64,000 nt of DNA from Trichosphaerium sp. ATCC 40318 (lineage: Eukaryota; Protista; Tubulinea). The stretch covers positions 2,500 through 66,499 of the forward strand of contig JALMLS010000131.1 of assembly GCA_038496445.1 (NCBI GenBank). The letters are read 5' to 3'. The notes under the pieces are model-generated. The model was not told the DNA's origin and did no database searches. It worked only from the letters and a program-made list of their open reading frames with translations. Numbering within the stretch: the stretch's first letter is position 1; each line of letters begins with the position of its first letter. Shown in pieces: positions 49,482 through 62,667 of the stretch. The translations under genes and the position numbers were made by a program.

Positions 49482-51255
49482 TCAAAATAGTTGTTTCCTA
49501 GGTGAAGCAAGGAACCCCATGCGTATTTTATAGTCTGACTCTTCTTTAAAGTTTAACCGTTTTGATAGCCATTTGTGGGAGGCTGGAGATCGCGGAGCCT
49601 TAACCTTTTTGGATTCAAAAACTTCTAAAAAAATACATTTGTAAGAAAAAACTTGGAAAGCAAAATCAATGGTAAACGTAGTGGTGTAAACACTGGGTCT
49701 ACATTAGATATAAAGAACAATAATACTCATAATGTGGAAAAGTGTTTTGAGCGCTGAAGGAACAAATAACTGCGCAACAAAACACTTTTTGTGGAATTTG
49801 AAGGAAATGTAACAAGTGACCTCATAAAAGTGTTCACAGACTCCACCAAGTTATCCCTTTGAAAGAACCGTTTGTTTTGAACATGGCTCAATCAGAAAAC
49901 CATGAGTAGTTTGGTGGAGGCTTACACTAAAGGACTGACACGTGTGGCTTAAATAAAGCAGTTTCCGTTCAGGTGTTTGTGAGTTTTTCTTTAGAAATGA
50001 ACCCGTTTTGTTTCAATGTGATATAGAGAATGATTTCGTCAAAAAAAGGGTTTTCAAACAATCGTATGTTAAAGCTGCAAGCCAAAATAGAATAGTAGTT
50101 GTGGATTTCTTTCTTTCCAGGAAAAAAAAAGTATATGTACCTGATACTTCAAACTCTGCTGGATATATGTTACGCCCAAATATATCATCAGGATCTGTAT
50201 CAGCTTGGTTACGAATATTTTCTTCTTGTGGATCAAGAGACCACAGAAATTCTTCAGGACTTTAAAAACAACAAAGTCAGCCAAACGAATTAGTCAAAAA
50301 AACACAAAAAACAACAAACAGATTTCAACGTAATACAACGCTCAAACGAAAAAAAACAATCGTCACAAACGGATGCCAATGCTAAAAAAGATGTTCCTGT
50401 GGTAGTGGATCACGTGGACGGTTTGGTGTTATAGATCAAGTAAAAAACATGAAAAAACAAAATGCAAGAAACGCACTCTTTGGGTACTTTCTCGCTATCG
50501 AAAGATAGCCTAGGTTGAGAACCTATACTACTTGGAGACACAGAAATATCATAAGTGAACCCCGGACAAGATGTATTACCTACATAGAGACTTAGTAGAG
50601 CTGCGGACGAGGTAGGAATTCAAAAAACTAAAAAGTCTATTTAAACTGCTACAAAAAGTCCTCCAAATCAGAAAGGTTCGCCATTGGATCTTATTCACGT
50701 ATACGATAACGTACCATACTCTGTGAGGTCTTGTTTCTGGTTTTTTAATTTTGAATCGGTTATTTGTTGTTTTGAATTTAAACTTCCTCTAGAGCCCTTT
50801 CGACGCGTCGAGTTTTGCTCTGGAGCATCTTTCACGGTGGCGCGAACTTGGTTTGCTTCCACTTTTGCGTTTTCGACTATTTTCATTGCCTCTGCGTTAG
50901 CTTGCATGACTATACGCCGCGCTTCGGCTGATGCAGCTGCAACGATACTTTCGTACACAGCATTTGTTTTATCGTTAAGAGCTTCTTGTTCTCCTCTCTT
51001 TTGCTCTAGTTTGTATTAATATAACGGTTGAAAGCTAACCCGAGGTTTGCACTTACGTTCTAACAAGCTCATCCTTTGAACTGGCGGTAAAATGTTTTGA
51101 ATTGGAAAGACCGTTATTCACAGTTGAGAACTACAAGCTCCTCTTTATATTGAGAAAAAACAAGTGTAGATCCATCTAGACGTTAAAAAAAAAGATAACA
51201 CTAATTTAGGAATGTGAAAACTCGAAAAAACCAAAATTGTTTGCGAATTCTCCAT
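49482..51255 (-). CDS. Hypothetical multi-exon protein with a coiled-coil segment
   Basis: Exons with GT-AG boundaries, AAASAEARRIVMQANAEAMKIVENAKVEA coiled coil, ends ..SPRKQLF*. Exon structure uncertain. Confidence 0.45.
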
Positions 51256-51410
51256 TTTTTTCAGACTTTACTCTCACTCCTCGTACGCTCTTTGCTTGTA
51301 CTATTTACTAGTATTTTCATCACAGAGGTTGGAGCAAACGGCACAAAGTGCAACTACTCGTTTTTTAAACTAAATTGATTGGTTTTATGTACAATGTTGA
51401 TGGTTCTTTT

Positions 51411-53396
51411 TTACACTATCATGTTTTTTACAGACAACAACTTTTCTACAGCCCACATTGTCATATCAGAGTAAAATCTCTCCCAGTAAGTAGCTTTAGA
51501 CCTTGCCGTAGATGTAGCTGCCGCAGGTTTATCAGACAATGAGTGCCACCTTTGAAAAAAAATAAGAAAAAAAACAGGACATACTTAAAATTCACGTACT
51601 TCAAAAGTATAGCTCCATAGAGCCATTTCGTTGATTCAGCACCAACCAAAAGTACTAAACCATCTTCTGGAACTTCGTTCTTCTCTACAATTTCATCCAG
51701 GCATATCAGACAAGAAGCATTTGCAGTATTTCCAACACGATCAAAATTATAATAAATCCTATGACAAAAAACAGTAAATACCAATCTTGTTCATTCACGT
51801 TTAGTACCTCTCTTTCTTAGCTCCCATAGCGACGCCTATTTCTACTAATTTTCCATTCGCTTGATGAGGTACGAGAAGGTCAAAATCATTTGTTTGAAGA
51901 TCATTATCCCTGTAAAAAAACCAAATGAGTAAACAACGAAAAAAAACCAACATTCGTCAAAAGCGTACTTAAGAGTATCTTTAAAAGCTCTAAAGTAGAG
52001 ATCAGGTCCATGTTTTATTACATCACGGAAGTTATGAGCAAAATAATGTTGCTTCTTGTCAATCATCTCTTGATTAGGTGGGTTTACACTACAAACAAAA
52101 AAAGTTAACCCAAAAACCGAAAAACTGGTAAAACAAGAAAAACCGGAAAAAATTTTCTGAGCAAGTGTCACTCTCATTGTGGCATTACATGGCTCTAATA
52201 GTATTTTTATTGTATTTGTAGTACGTACCATCCGCCTCCAGGCATCCAAAATCCTTTTTTCTGACCAACACCAATTGAGTTTAATTTAGTATAAAGTACT
52301 TCTATACCGTATGGTATTTCACCAGCACCATTTACATCAAAACCTCGTAGTATCATACATCCGCAACCATCACCTTAAACGTAAAATTAATAAAACCAGA
52401 AATAACAGCGCCTAGAGCTTTACATACCCATCATTAAAGCGTTTACTTTAGCGGCTTTAGGAATATCACCTCCGCCAAGATCTAACTCAGCGAAAACGGA
52501 TCCAACATCGCACCCAACAACACATACAGTCTTGTGTGTTCCTGCTTTTAAGTATTGGACAGCTAAAAACAGTTTTCGTGAGAATAAAGTTCCGAACAAT
52601 AAAAAATAAAAAATCGACTGAGAAAAAAAGGCAAAGATTTCTATTTTTACCTGCAGCTGTTGCTTGAAACGCTCCGCAACACGCGGACCTCACATCCATC
52701 GTTGCACATTCTCCCATACCAAGTTTTTCTTGTACTATTGCAGCTTGCCCAGGGACGAGAACTAAAGAATCAGCAAACAGTAAAGTGTATTTTAACAAGC
52801 AAAAATGATAAGGTTTTCGGCGTTTAGGCGGTACTATGCCGAAAACTAATCGAAGAAAGCGTTAAAATAGCGTTTTTGTAAATTATACGACAAGTTTGAT
52901 GCATTTAGGAGACGTACAGTCCGGTGTGCAAGTAGCTGTTATTAACATGTCTATCTCGCTTTTTTTAATTCCCTGAGAGTCTAGTGCGCGCTCTATGGCC
53001 CTATAGAGAATGTTAAAGGACTTTGACAAAAATGTAGTAGTGAAAACAGTGTTGTGAAGTAAAAGTACTTACATTTTGCATAAATCAGAGTTTAATTGTC
53101 CCTCCGTTGCTTTCTAGAGTTACAGTATTAAGAGTGTTTCTCCACGTTCACAGCCGTACCTGGCCATCAGATAGCGGAAGATGCCTTACAATGTGTCGTG
53201 TTTTAATGCCTAATAATGACGCAAGTTACAAAAAAGCGCAAAGTGATCAAAAGTTCTCAAACTGCGTACCTAGCTTTTTGTCTATCCACTCTAGGTCTAT
53301 GTCTTTGATACCGCACTCGTTTAAGACAACAGTGTTGTCAACTACTGTAGGCGGCATGTAACGGCCTGTAGCTATGATTCTCACTTCTCTTATCAT
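51411..53396 (-). CDS. fabH: 3-oxoacyl-ACP synthase III (FabH/KAS III-like), bacterial type, intron-rich
   Basis: IIATGRYMP..VDN, LGIKTRH, ATCTPD, DVRSACCG (catalytic Cys), MGDG, PHQAN (His) and GNTANAS (Asn). Confidence 0.9.
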
Positions 53397-53769
53397 GTTT
53401 ATGTAATATGTAGACTTGCAGACGCTTATCTGAGTGCGCTATTGCTATAATTGTGCTTAAGACAAGAACGTCAAAAACTACCTTAGCACGTCAAAAAAAA
53501 TGGAATTTCTAATATCTTGATAGTTGTCATGGTACGCCCACGTGCTATGTGTATTACCAAACTAAGCCTTTATTAGAACCTAACAAACGGAGAACTTTGG
53601 ATTGGGTGTCATTACTCAACTTTTCGCTAGTACGTGATCAAACGCTTGTTTGGTGCTCTGTGAATGTTTTCTCTATTTTTCACGTAGCCTTAAAACGCGT
53701 AAAATAGCTAAATACGTCCGTTTTTTCCTGAAAGATGAACGTTGACTTGGGAAATGAAAGGAAGCAACC

Positions 53770-56065
53770 ATGAACGCCCTCATTCGGCCGCACGTACGTG
53801 TTACAAGCGTATCCTAAATATAAACCCTAACTCTACCAAAAAACGATTCACACACAGACTTCCCAACTCATACCCTGTACCTCCTGATCTATTTTTTAGG
53901 ACATAACGTATCAGAATGAGTGTAGTATTACATTAAAAGACAAAAAAACGATAGACAAAGCTACAGTCATTGTAACGCCTACAAAACTATTTGTATTACC
54001 ACAAGGTAGTAAGGTAAAGTCTAGTTCTACACTCCGTTGTAGTTAGTTTGTTTTTCAGACAATGTTACAGTCCTATTAGAACGATAACTGTTCAACTCAC
54101 ATGTTCACAAATAGGCTCCTTTGCGAGTGTTGGAGTTAAAACAATGCCGTGTTGCTAGAAAAAAAGTTGACAATACTGTTGTTGTAATCAATGGCGCAAA
54201 TGGCTTTAGTGCATACACACAGAAACCAGTACGAAGCAATTTGGATCAAAAGATCCAAAAATGGATGTTCGAACAAAAAATTTCGTTTTGTAGCTTACTT
54301 TTTTTGAAGGCTCACCTTATTGACTTGTTTCGTGTGTTACGTACAGTGATATGGGGATGTAAGGTAGTTGATTCTGCAAGCGCTGAGACAAAACAGGTAA
54401 CTGTCGTTTGCTTATACGTGTAACACGTCATCAATAGTAATAGTTGCGTTTTTAGGCGCTTTGCGAGGTAAAGAGCAAACTGTCAGAAAATGTGCCTTGG
54501 AAGCCGTTAAAAGTTTTACGCTTTCTAGAAGAGAACGATATGTGCGTCACTAAGGTGATAAGCATGTATGAAGCACACTGTGTATCCTTTTTGTCACCAG
54601 CTATCTATTTGCTTTCAAACGTTGAGTTGCTCCTTGTTTTGTCGTATTTCGCATATATTCCTTGACTGTGTAGCGTTGGGTGCTACAATTTAATTTGAAG
54701 GGGCTTACAATCGCGGTAGTGCGTGAAACACTACGACGAAACGAGGTAGGAGCTTTCTGACGCTAAACTATTAACGCGTAATGAGGTTTTCATACCTGGC
54801 ACACATGACAACGAGGGACGCCCAATTATTGTGTTTAACGCAGCAAATCACGAACCTAACAAGATATCGTTGCTGACAACCCTACGGTACATAAAACCAA
54901 ATAATTCTTCTCCTTACAATACGCTAGACTTGTTGTATACTGCATACAAGTAGCAGAGCGCGAATTATTTGGCGCATCATCAAAAGGCAAAGTCAACGAT
55001 AGTATTTTCATCATTGAAGATTTACGTGGTTTCTCACGTTCAAATGCCGACCCAAGACAAGCAAAGTTTCTCTTGGAGCTCAAACAGGTACATTACAACT
55101 TTAGACAAGCGCTGCAAAAAAAAAAAAGTTTAAGTTCACACGTGTTTGCTAGAGCCATTATCCTGGCATCGTTGGTAAATTTTGTGCTGTAAATGCACCG
55201 TTTTATTATAGACTTGTTTGGAATGTTGCAAAGCCATGGATAAGCCCAATGCTTGTAGATAAGGTCTGTAGAATATTACTGTCTATATTATCTCATTTTT
55301 TTCTAGATTTCAATTTCAAGTGACACAAAGTCACTCAAACGTTATATTGAACTAGATCAACTACCGAAAAGTGTAGGAGGTACTGTTGAATTTGATATGG
55401 GCGAATGGATAAAGACACGAAGTGTTGTAGAAGGCGTTTCAGAAGATACAGATTCATCTTCACATGATATTGATGCGAATTTACTAGCTCAAATAAGTGA
55501 CATGGTTAGGCCTCATTCTTCCTCCTGCTCTTAAACTAACTGCTTTTCTATATAGCCAGCAAACACTGTAAAAGAAGATGCTATATTATCCGGATGGCTT
55601 GATAAGCAAGGTGGTTTTGTTAAGCTATACAATAGGAGATATTGTGCTTTAAAAGGAGATGTTTTGTTTGTTTTCGCTAAACCTAATGTACGGATTTCAA
55701 CAATTCTATTATACTTCTCAAGTATTAAACACTAATTGGATATGTAGAGTAATAGGCCTTCTGGTATTGTTCCTTTAAGTGGCGCAACACTATTAGATCA
55801 TAAATCATCCTCAGAGTTTAAGATTGTCACCGTTTATGGAAAACAAACAGCATATATTTGTGATAGTAAAGCATGTGCAGCAAAATGGAAACAAGAGATT
55901 CGAAAGATCATTGAAGGATCTTCAGTGACTACTCCATATAAACCTAAACATAAAAAACGTAGAAAGAATAGAAGATACAGTATGTTTGGAGCACCAGAAG
56001 AAGTACCCGTATTATCATGGACACGTGAAATACCAGAAGAACGTAAACTAACACAAACTATGTAA
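53770..56065 (+). CDS. CRAL-TRIO (Sec14) lipid-binding protein with a C-terminal PH domain
   Basis: LRFLEEND, GTHDNEGRPII, IIEDLRGFS, HYPG..VNAPFYYRLVWNVAKPW, QLPKSVGG; PH domain GWLDKQGGFVKLYNRRYCALKG..W. Confidence 0.88.
54582..54673 (+). other. U12-type (minor spliceosome) GT-AG intron
   Basis: 5' GTATCCTTT, branch site TTCCTTGAC (54658-54666) 7 nt before the end of the intron, no polypyrimidine tract. Removal restores the frame (EAHC|RWVLQ). Confidence 0.85.
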
Positions 56066-56263
56066 TTAAAGCACATTAACATACTTATCCAATCGGCTAA
56101 GGAATACCTTGATCTCAAACTATTTACCTAAGCCTTGAAACTGATTTATAAATCAAGTCTTTGTTCCAATAGCATACTAAAATATTTAACCCATACTACA
56201 TAACATAGCAAATTTGACACAAAATACTACTGAAGATAGATTTTTTTTATGGATTTATTTATC

Positions 56264-58120
56264 TCACTTGAGAAGAGCTTGCTTCGATTTTTCGAAGTTA
56301 ACACTTCCCAAACCTGTTACAGGATCCCAACCACTTGTAGCATTAAACCCATAAGGACAGCAAGTAAACTGTTGCTGCCTACCATAAACTCCTGTACAAT
56401 GGTTGTCTCCAACGGTCATATCATTGAACGCTTCAGGTGTCGATTCAGCGATAGCATAGAGCGCTTTGTTTACTGGTCCGAGTACCGGTAAACCTGCTTT
56501 AATTCTTGCATCTTGTATAATAGCGATCATACCAGCGAAGAGAGGTGCTGATGCAGAGGTTCCACCATTTGGAAGAAATATTCCATTAGTTATTGTATTA
56601 ATGTTATTTGCTACCAGCGCAATGTCAGGGTATGCTCTTTTGTTAGAATTATATGTGCTTGATGGAGGTAATGTATCTACCATATTCTTGAGGTATGTAG
56701 AAACCAGGTTGATCATACCTATTAAAACAAACAATAAGAAAAAGACAAGAAACTCATTCCAAAAACAACTGTTCAGAAAATCGCTTGACGTGCTTCAAGT
56801 TTGTTGTAAAAAAGTTGATAAAGCGAGCTAATGTAATAAGCGTTTACCGTACCAAATAGAAAATCCTCCTCCAGAAGTCGTAGTGGCTTTATAGTTTTCA
56901 ACATTTGTTTGACATGTGCGCTCTTTTAAACCATATTCCGGTCCAAATGTTCCTCCTACTGTGGTCACCCATGGTGATCCAGCAGGATACTGAGGTGCTA
57001 AACCACAAGCTGATGGATTACCCCGAGCTTCTCTATAGTTAACACCGTCATCTCCAGAAGACGTTACAAAAGTGAATCCTCTAACTGATAACTTGGCAAA
57101 CTCTTGATCTAAACGTTGAGCCAACGATGAAGTTAAATGAGATTCCTGAGGTCCCCATGATATAGAATGAATCAGGGGAGGATCTTCAGCTTCTCCAAGT
57201 GATAGTAGCCAAGCAAGAACGGGATTACCAACAGGTGAGATAACGTTTGTTGTCCAGTATGTAAAGTTCACCATAGGTGCCATGCCAAGCACCATTTCGA
57301 CGTCAAGAACCGGTTCAGCGCATGCATAGTTAGGACAACCAAAAGTGACGTTATCACCACGGAATTGCGTTACTGGACTTATAGGTAAACCGCTATATTG
57401 TTGAAAAGTTGCCAAGTCAGGTGGGTTGTAATATTCATAAGGAGCTTCGACTTCAAATACAGAAATATTGCTGCTTAACATGTCTGTTGATGATGACTTA
57501 TCAACGTTATAAAGCTTCTTTATGGAATCCATGGACAAGTAAGGACCTGCTGGGAAGCCATCGTTTGTGTATGCAAGGACAGAAAGTTTTTCTTTAAAAA
57601 CTGGGAAATCTGAGACGCCTCCAACCCAGTCCACGTGGTTTCGAAGTTTGTCTGGTATGGAATGTCTGTTACATCTTTGTAAGTGAATTGTCGAACTCGA
57701 TTCGCTTGGTGTACATTCGTAATGGAAGCATGTTGTTTCGAAGAGCGTTTCAACTGTTTTCAATGGTAGCGTTGCTGATATCCATAGTTGATCTGTACTT
57801 ATAGCGTCTATTGTTGCTCCTACCTTTTGTAGGTACGATACAGTTATTTTTGAGCCAATTGTGTTCTTTGTGGCCTCTAGGACTTGCTCCTTTGTCCAGT
57901 ATGACCCATACAATGAAGACTTTGGGTCTGAAACCACTTTCAACGAATCGTATATTTTTGCTACATCTTGTCCGTTTTTGACGCCTACAACTATCTTATG
58001 TGGTATGTTTTGAGCGCTTGAGAGAGTTTGAGAAGTACAGAATGATGGTACAAACGATTTTGTTTGTACAAGCGTTAACAGCAGCACAAATAAGATTAAA
58101 ATAAGGCACTTGTGTACCAT
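56264..58120 (-). CDS. TPP1: Sedolisin / tripeptidyl-peptidase I (peptidase S53) with prodomain
   Basis: Signal peptide, VSDPKSSLYG prodomain, EPVLD, SISWG, SGDDG, GTSASAP and GWDPVTGLG. Confidence 0.93.
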
Positions 58121-58223
58121 GAGCTTATTGACGTTTCGTTGTTGTGGTACTTTAAGTTTAAAGGCCAAATGAACTTAGCTTAACGTTGGCAACGAAAATC
58201 GATAAAGAAAAGTGGATCATCGA

Positions 58224-58501
58224 TAGAGGTGGTCCCGGCTAAGAAAGTCAGCAACAAAATCTGTATCGGCTAAACCAAAAATGAGCGATTTTATTGATGT
58301 TGTATCATGGCACCACAGGCTTTTTTTTTACATTTTAGATGCTCTCAATGGCTTTGAATTCGTAAGTGTTCGATACATAGGTTCAAAGCCTAGTATTAGG
58401 CAAAAAACATGCAAAAAATGGTGACTTTTCCCTTATTTTTCGTAGCCGGTGAAAGCCGGTCCAAAACTTAAAAGGCTGTAGCCGTTTAGCGACCACCTCT
58501 A
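58224..58501. mobile_element. Non-autonomous hAT-type MITE, 278 bp
   Basis: 11-bp TIR TAGAGGTGGTC; 8-bp TSD ATCATCGA/ATCATCAA (1 mismatch); subterminal CGGCTA/TAGCCG repeats at both ends. Confidence 0.75.
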
Positions 58502-58760
58502 ATCATCAAACAGCAAAAATAATTACATTGTACAGTTTTTATGGAATGATATTACTCTAAAATGTGAATATCTCCTAGCTAGGTAACTTTGTTCGTCATG
58601 TATCACACCCATTCTTGAGGCAAATAATTGTGCAACGTGGCAGAATAAAGTTGATAAGCGGAGCCATTTGACAATTAAAAAGGTTGTAAGAGCCAAGGCG
58701 TTATTAAATACTCACTAAGGAAATTATCTTTATTGCATTAGTATGTCTTTTACAAGGTGT

Positions 58761-59882
58761 TTACAAATTAAGACAACACAAAAATACCAACAAGTTGAAC
58801 ACTAAACAACAAATAGAATTTAACGTATTTGATGAGGAGGGTATACATGCACCTGTTGGCATCACGGTTGTTGGTTGTACTGTTGTTAGTGATATTGGAG
58901 TTGTTGGAGCAGGAGTTGTTGGTGCTAGTGTAGTTGGAGGTAGCATTGGAGATTGCGTTGTTGGAGATAGTGTTGTAGGTAGTAATGTTGTAGGAGGCAG
59001 TGTTGTAGGTGGTAATGTTGTTGGAGGTAGCGTTGTTGGAGGGGCCGTTGTTGGAGGGAGTGTTGTAGGAGGAGGTAATGTTGTAGGTGGTAATGTTGTA
59101 GGAGGCAGTGTTGTAGGTGGTAATGTTGTTGGCACCAGCGTTGCTATCTGATAAGTTACAGAATTCACACGTGCGTTTGATCCCGACATTGCCCCAAGTG
59201 AAAAACTGCAATACGAAAGAGTTAATATAAATTAGAAGAGATTGTGTTACTCGAACATACCCGAACGACGTTGAATTGAAAACGGCATTAAACGGAACGA
59301 ATGTAAAATTGTTTGCAAGTAGTGTAATTCCTGAAAGAAACGTTAGTTAAACAAGCTCTAAATATAGGATGTTTGGCTAGATACCTCCTATAACTGGTTG
59401 ATCCATCACACACTCCAGTATAAGATTTGACGTTGGGTTACCTGAGCTGACTTCAATGATGTATGTTAGGGAATTTGTGTTAATATCAATTGTGTGTTGT
59501 ATTCCAGAAATTGAAATTGGTGCTCGATACTCTACAGCTGTATCATTAACGATAAAGCCGGGGTTGTTTGGTTCAGCAGAATTAGCAGCCAAAAAGTCAG
59601 CGAAGGTCGGAACGCGCATTGTACATCTTCCCGAATCGCCTACGCCTATGTGGATAGGTTAATGAATAGTTACCAAAACAGTGCAGCTCTTTGCTTGTTG
59701 TTGCGCCAAACAGCTTCTCTAGAGAAGCTACGTACTTAGAGCAAGCGTCAGTGCGAATAGAGTACATAAACATAGAAGTGCTTTAATCATTGTGAGAAAA
59801 TGATAACAATAGTAAAAATAGTATCAACCAAAAAAAAAGTGTAAAAATAACTAGCTACTGTTGCGGAGAAAATTAATTCCAT
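58761..59882 (-). CDS. Mucin-like surface protein (Pro/Thr stalk, hydrophobic C-terminus, possibly GPI-anchored); first exon uncertain
   Basis: Signal-like FYVLCTLFALTLAL, a globular N-domain, PTTLP repeats and C-terminal ICCLVFNLLVFLCCLNL*. Confidence 0.7.
58860..59140 (-). repeat. Coding 15-bp tandem repeat (PTTLP)n
   Basis: Repeated ccaacaacattacca/cctacaacactgcct units. Confidence 0.9.
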
Positions 59883-60852
59883 GTTGTATGTCCATTTCCC
59901 GACCTTGCAAAAACCTTTGGACTTGTACTTCTCGTAATATAATTTATTTTTGGCTCATAATTTTAAATAAAATATATTTTCACACGAAAGTAAAGAATTC
60001 TGATTTGTCCTATTTTTGGCAACTGGTTTTTTTTTCAATTGTAAAGTTTAATAACACGCTTGTGACTCCTGTGTCCACTGTCAAATATTCGTGCTCTTAA
60101 TAATAGTCTATTATAGAAGTCAAAATGTGCCCAACTTAGAACAGTACTCTGATGGCTACTTGGCGGCATTGAGGGACCGCTTCAATAAAGTATAAGTAGT
60201 CTATTGTAGAAGTCAAATTGACGTAAGAACCATTTTGTAACTTGGTTCCTAAATTTAGCGATTGTTTGCATTTGTTTGCATTGTTCGAAAACTATGTGAG
60301 TGTAGGACAACGAATGCCAGCAAGGTACGGGCTCGGTTCGCTTTCGGGAACGCCTGTGGCTTTAAAAAAATGCAAACTAAATTTAGTGTCCGACAAACGG
60401 TTTGCCTTACTTACGCTATAAACGCCGAAAAAAACTTCGTGTGGCAGTAAGAGCACAGAAAACTAAAAAGTTTTTATTTCCCCGACAAGTTACATGTTGA
60501 ACTAGTAAATCTTATTTGGTGCAAAATCTGTTCAACAGAGAATGATCGCATTATCATATTAGTCTATACTACATTCTCAAGAGGGAGGGAGCATATGGCA
60601 AGCAATAATGGGTTTTACCAATTTTACCAAAAAGTCACACCGAAACGTTCCCAAAACTGAACCGAAAATGATCCGAAACAATAATGTAGCATACATAATC
60701 CCACGGCTTTGTAACATGTTTTAAAACATTCTGCCAAAACTAAAAATGGCACATGACAGACGATGAAGTTTAATAGAGGAACTTTTAGCAAATTTTTTTC
60801 ACTAGTTTACTCCTCATTTGTTTCTTGTTGTAGTACGTTTTTAGTTCACAAG

Positions 60853-62222
60853 CTATACTACTGGTACAATTGGAAATTCATGTACTGATTTTGCACCAAG
60901 TTCTTCGAAGGTTTCTTTAGAAACCCAACATTTGTTGAAAGAATCCAATGTTGCAACTTTTGAACCACCAAGCCAAGAAGAAAAAGCTCTTGAAGTAGAT
61001 GCTACTATACTGACATCTTCTACTGTAGTGTTAAGAAACTTTATCTCTTTAGAAAGGCGCTCTTTGAATCCTTTAGTCAGTGTACTACCACCAGAAATAC
61101 ATACGTTGCTGTAAAGGCTCTGTTGATAGTACAATAAGTACTACAGCAAAAAAAAATCAAACAGTACCTTCCTGACATCACTAGGACATGCCATTATTGT
61201 ATCATGTGCGAGTCTATGAATGCCGTAACCGCTCATACCAATAAGGGATGGATCAAAAAAAGCTTCATTGCACTTAAACAGCTCTAACCCAGCAGGAATA
61301 TCCTTTCCATTTGGAAGCTCATACGTAACCGCTTTTAAACTCATTCCTATTTCTTTCTTAAAATTAAGTGCTATATAACTCATCTTCTCCTTCATATCAC
61401 GGATAATATCTACCTCAGCACTTGTTGTAAAAGAATAACCTCTGCTGTTAAGCAATTTAACAAGGTACTCAGTAATATCACGTCCACCAATGTCAATTGT
61501 CTTAGCACCAGCTGAAACAGCATTTCCTTTGTAGACAGCGACTGTTTGAGTTAACCCATCTCCACATTCAACAACTAATCCACTGTCTTTATCTTGAGCA
61601 TATATAGATAATCCTGGGGATGTAGCAATATAAACACTAGGAACCTCAAACGTCTCAAACATTATCTCCGCTTTCTTTTCTCTAAACAATGATTAATCCA
61701 ACAAAAAAAACAACTTCAAACTGTTGCACAAAGTTATGACTACTTCAGAAATTGAGACCTACCTGTCCTTGATAGGCGTAAATAGAGCCTCAGTTAACAG
61801 CAATGGTTGCTCCTGTGGATCACAACGCAACGCGCTATAAATAACAAAATGCCAAACAGTTTCCATTGTGTCCCAATCAGTGACTATACCGTGTTTCATA
61901 GGATATGTTAAATCTAGTAGACCTCGGCATTGGATAGCATAAGATCCTATCCTTGTATTCCTTGGTCCAAAGCCTCCCAATGACGAAGTCTTGAGGTTTA
62001 TAGTGCCAAAGACGTTTGGCTCAAAACAACGTGGTGAAACATCATCAGCGAATCCAGCAATGATGTTTCCAGATCCGTTGTCAATTATTACAGGCGGCGA
62101 ACCTATTTTTATGTATTAGTATCGTTTTGTGCAATTTTCGAAATGGAATTGCGTTTTTCTCAGTCGCGTTTGGGTCAATTGTATTTAAACGTATGTAGTT
62201 GCGTACTACACGTATCAGACAT
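60853..62222 (-). CDS. Divergent actin / actin-related protein
   Basis: VIIDNGSG..AGFA, YPMKHGIVTDWD, LLTEA, EIMFETF, GDG, GGRDITEYL, YELPNG, SGGST and WLGGS. Confidence 0.92.
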
Positions 62223-62667
62223 TGTTGTCGGACTACTAAAGATAATCAGCGACTAGATTTAACTGCGAAAGTATTTGTTAGTCATCCAGAGCGTATTTTA
62301 TACAAGTACAGATGGATTACGATACAGTGCACCGAAAAACGCTGTAAATGCCTAACAATGACAATTTACGTACTCCAAGTGTACGCTTAATGTAACGTGG
62401 CCTACCACACCCGCTGCGTAAATTAGCACGTTCTAGCTGTGTACACCACTACGAAACTTGCACTTTTTAAGTTAGAGCTTTGCGTTAAGTTTTGTGGTGT
62501 CAAACTGGCAAACTCATTACCTTTCGTGCGATTCTTCTACAAAATATTACCTTCTTAAGAAGGTGAACAAGCGTAGGCAAATGGTTACAGTGATGAGAAA
62601 TAACACCATCAAACCGAATATTTTTACAATGAAAGATTTATTCTCTTTTTTTTTTTTTTTTTTTTAT

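Noticed and set aside
58768-59211. Alternative-frame and antisense ORFs over the PTTLP repeat, and antisense ORFs over the LRR and PPR genes
   Set aside because: These are shadows of repetitive coding sequence.
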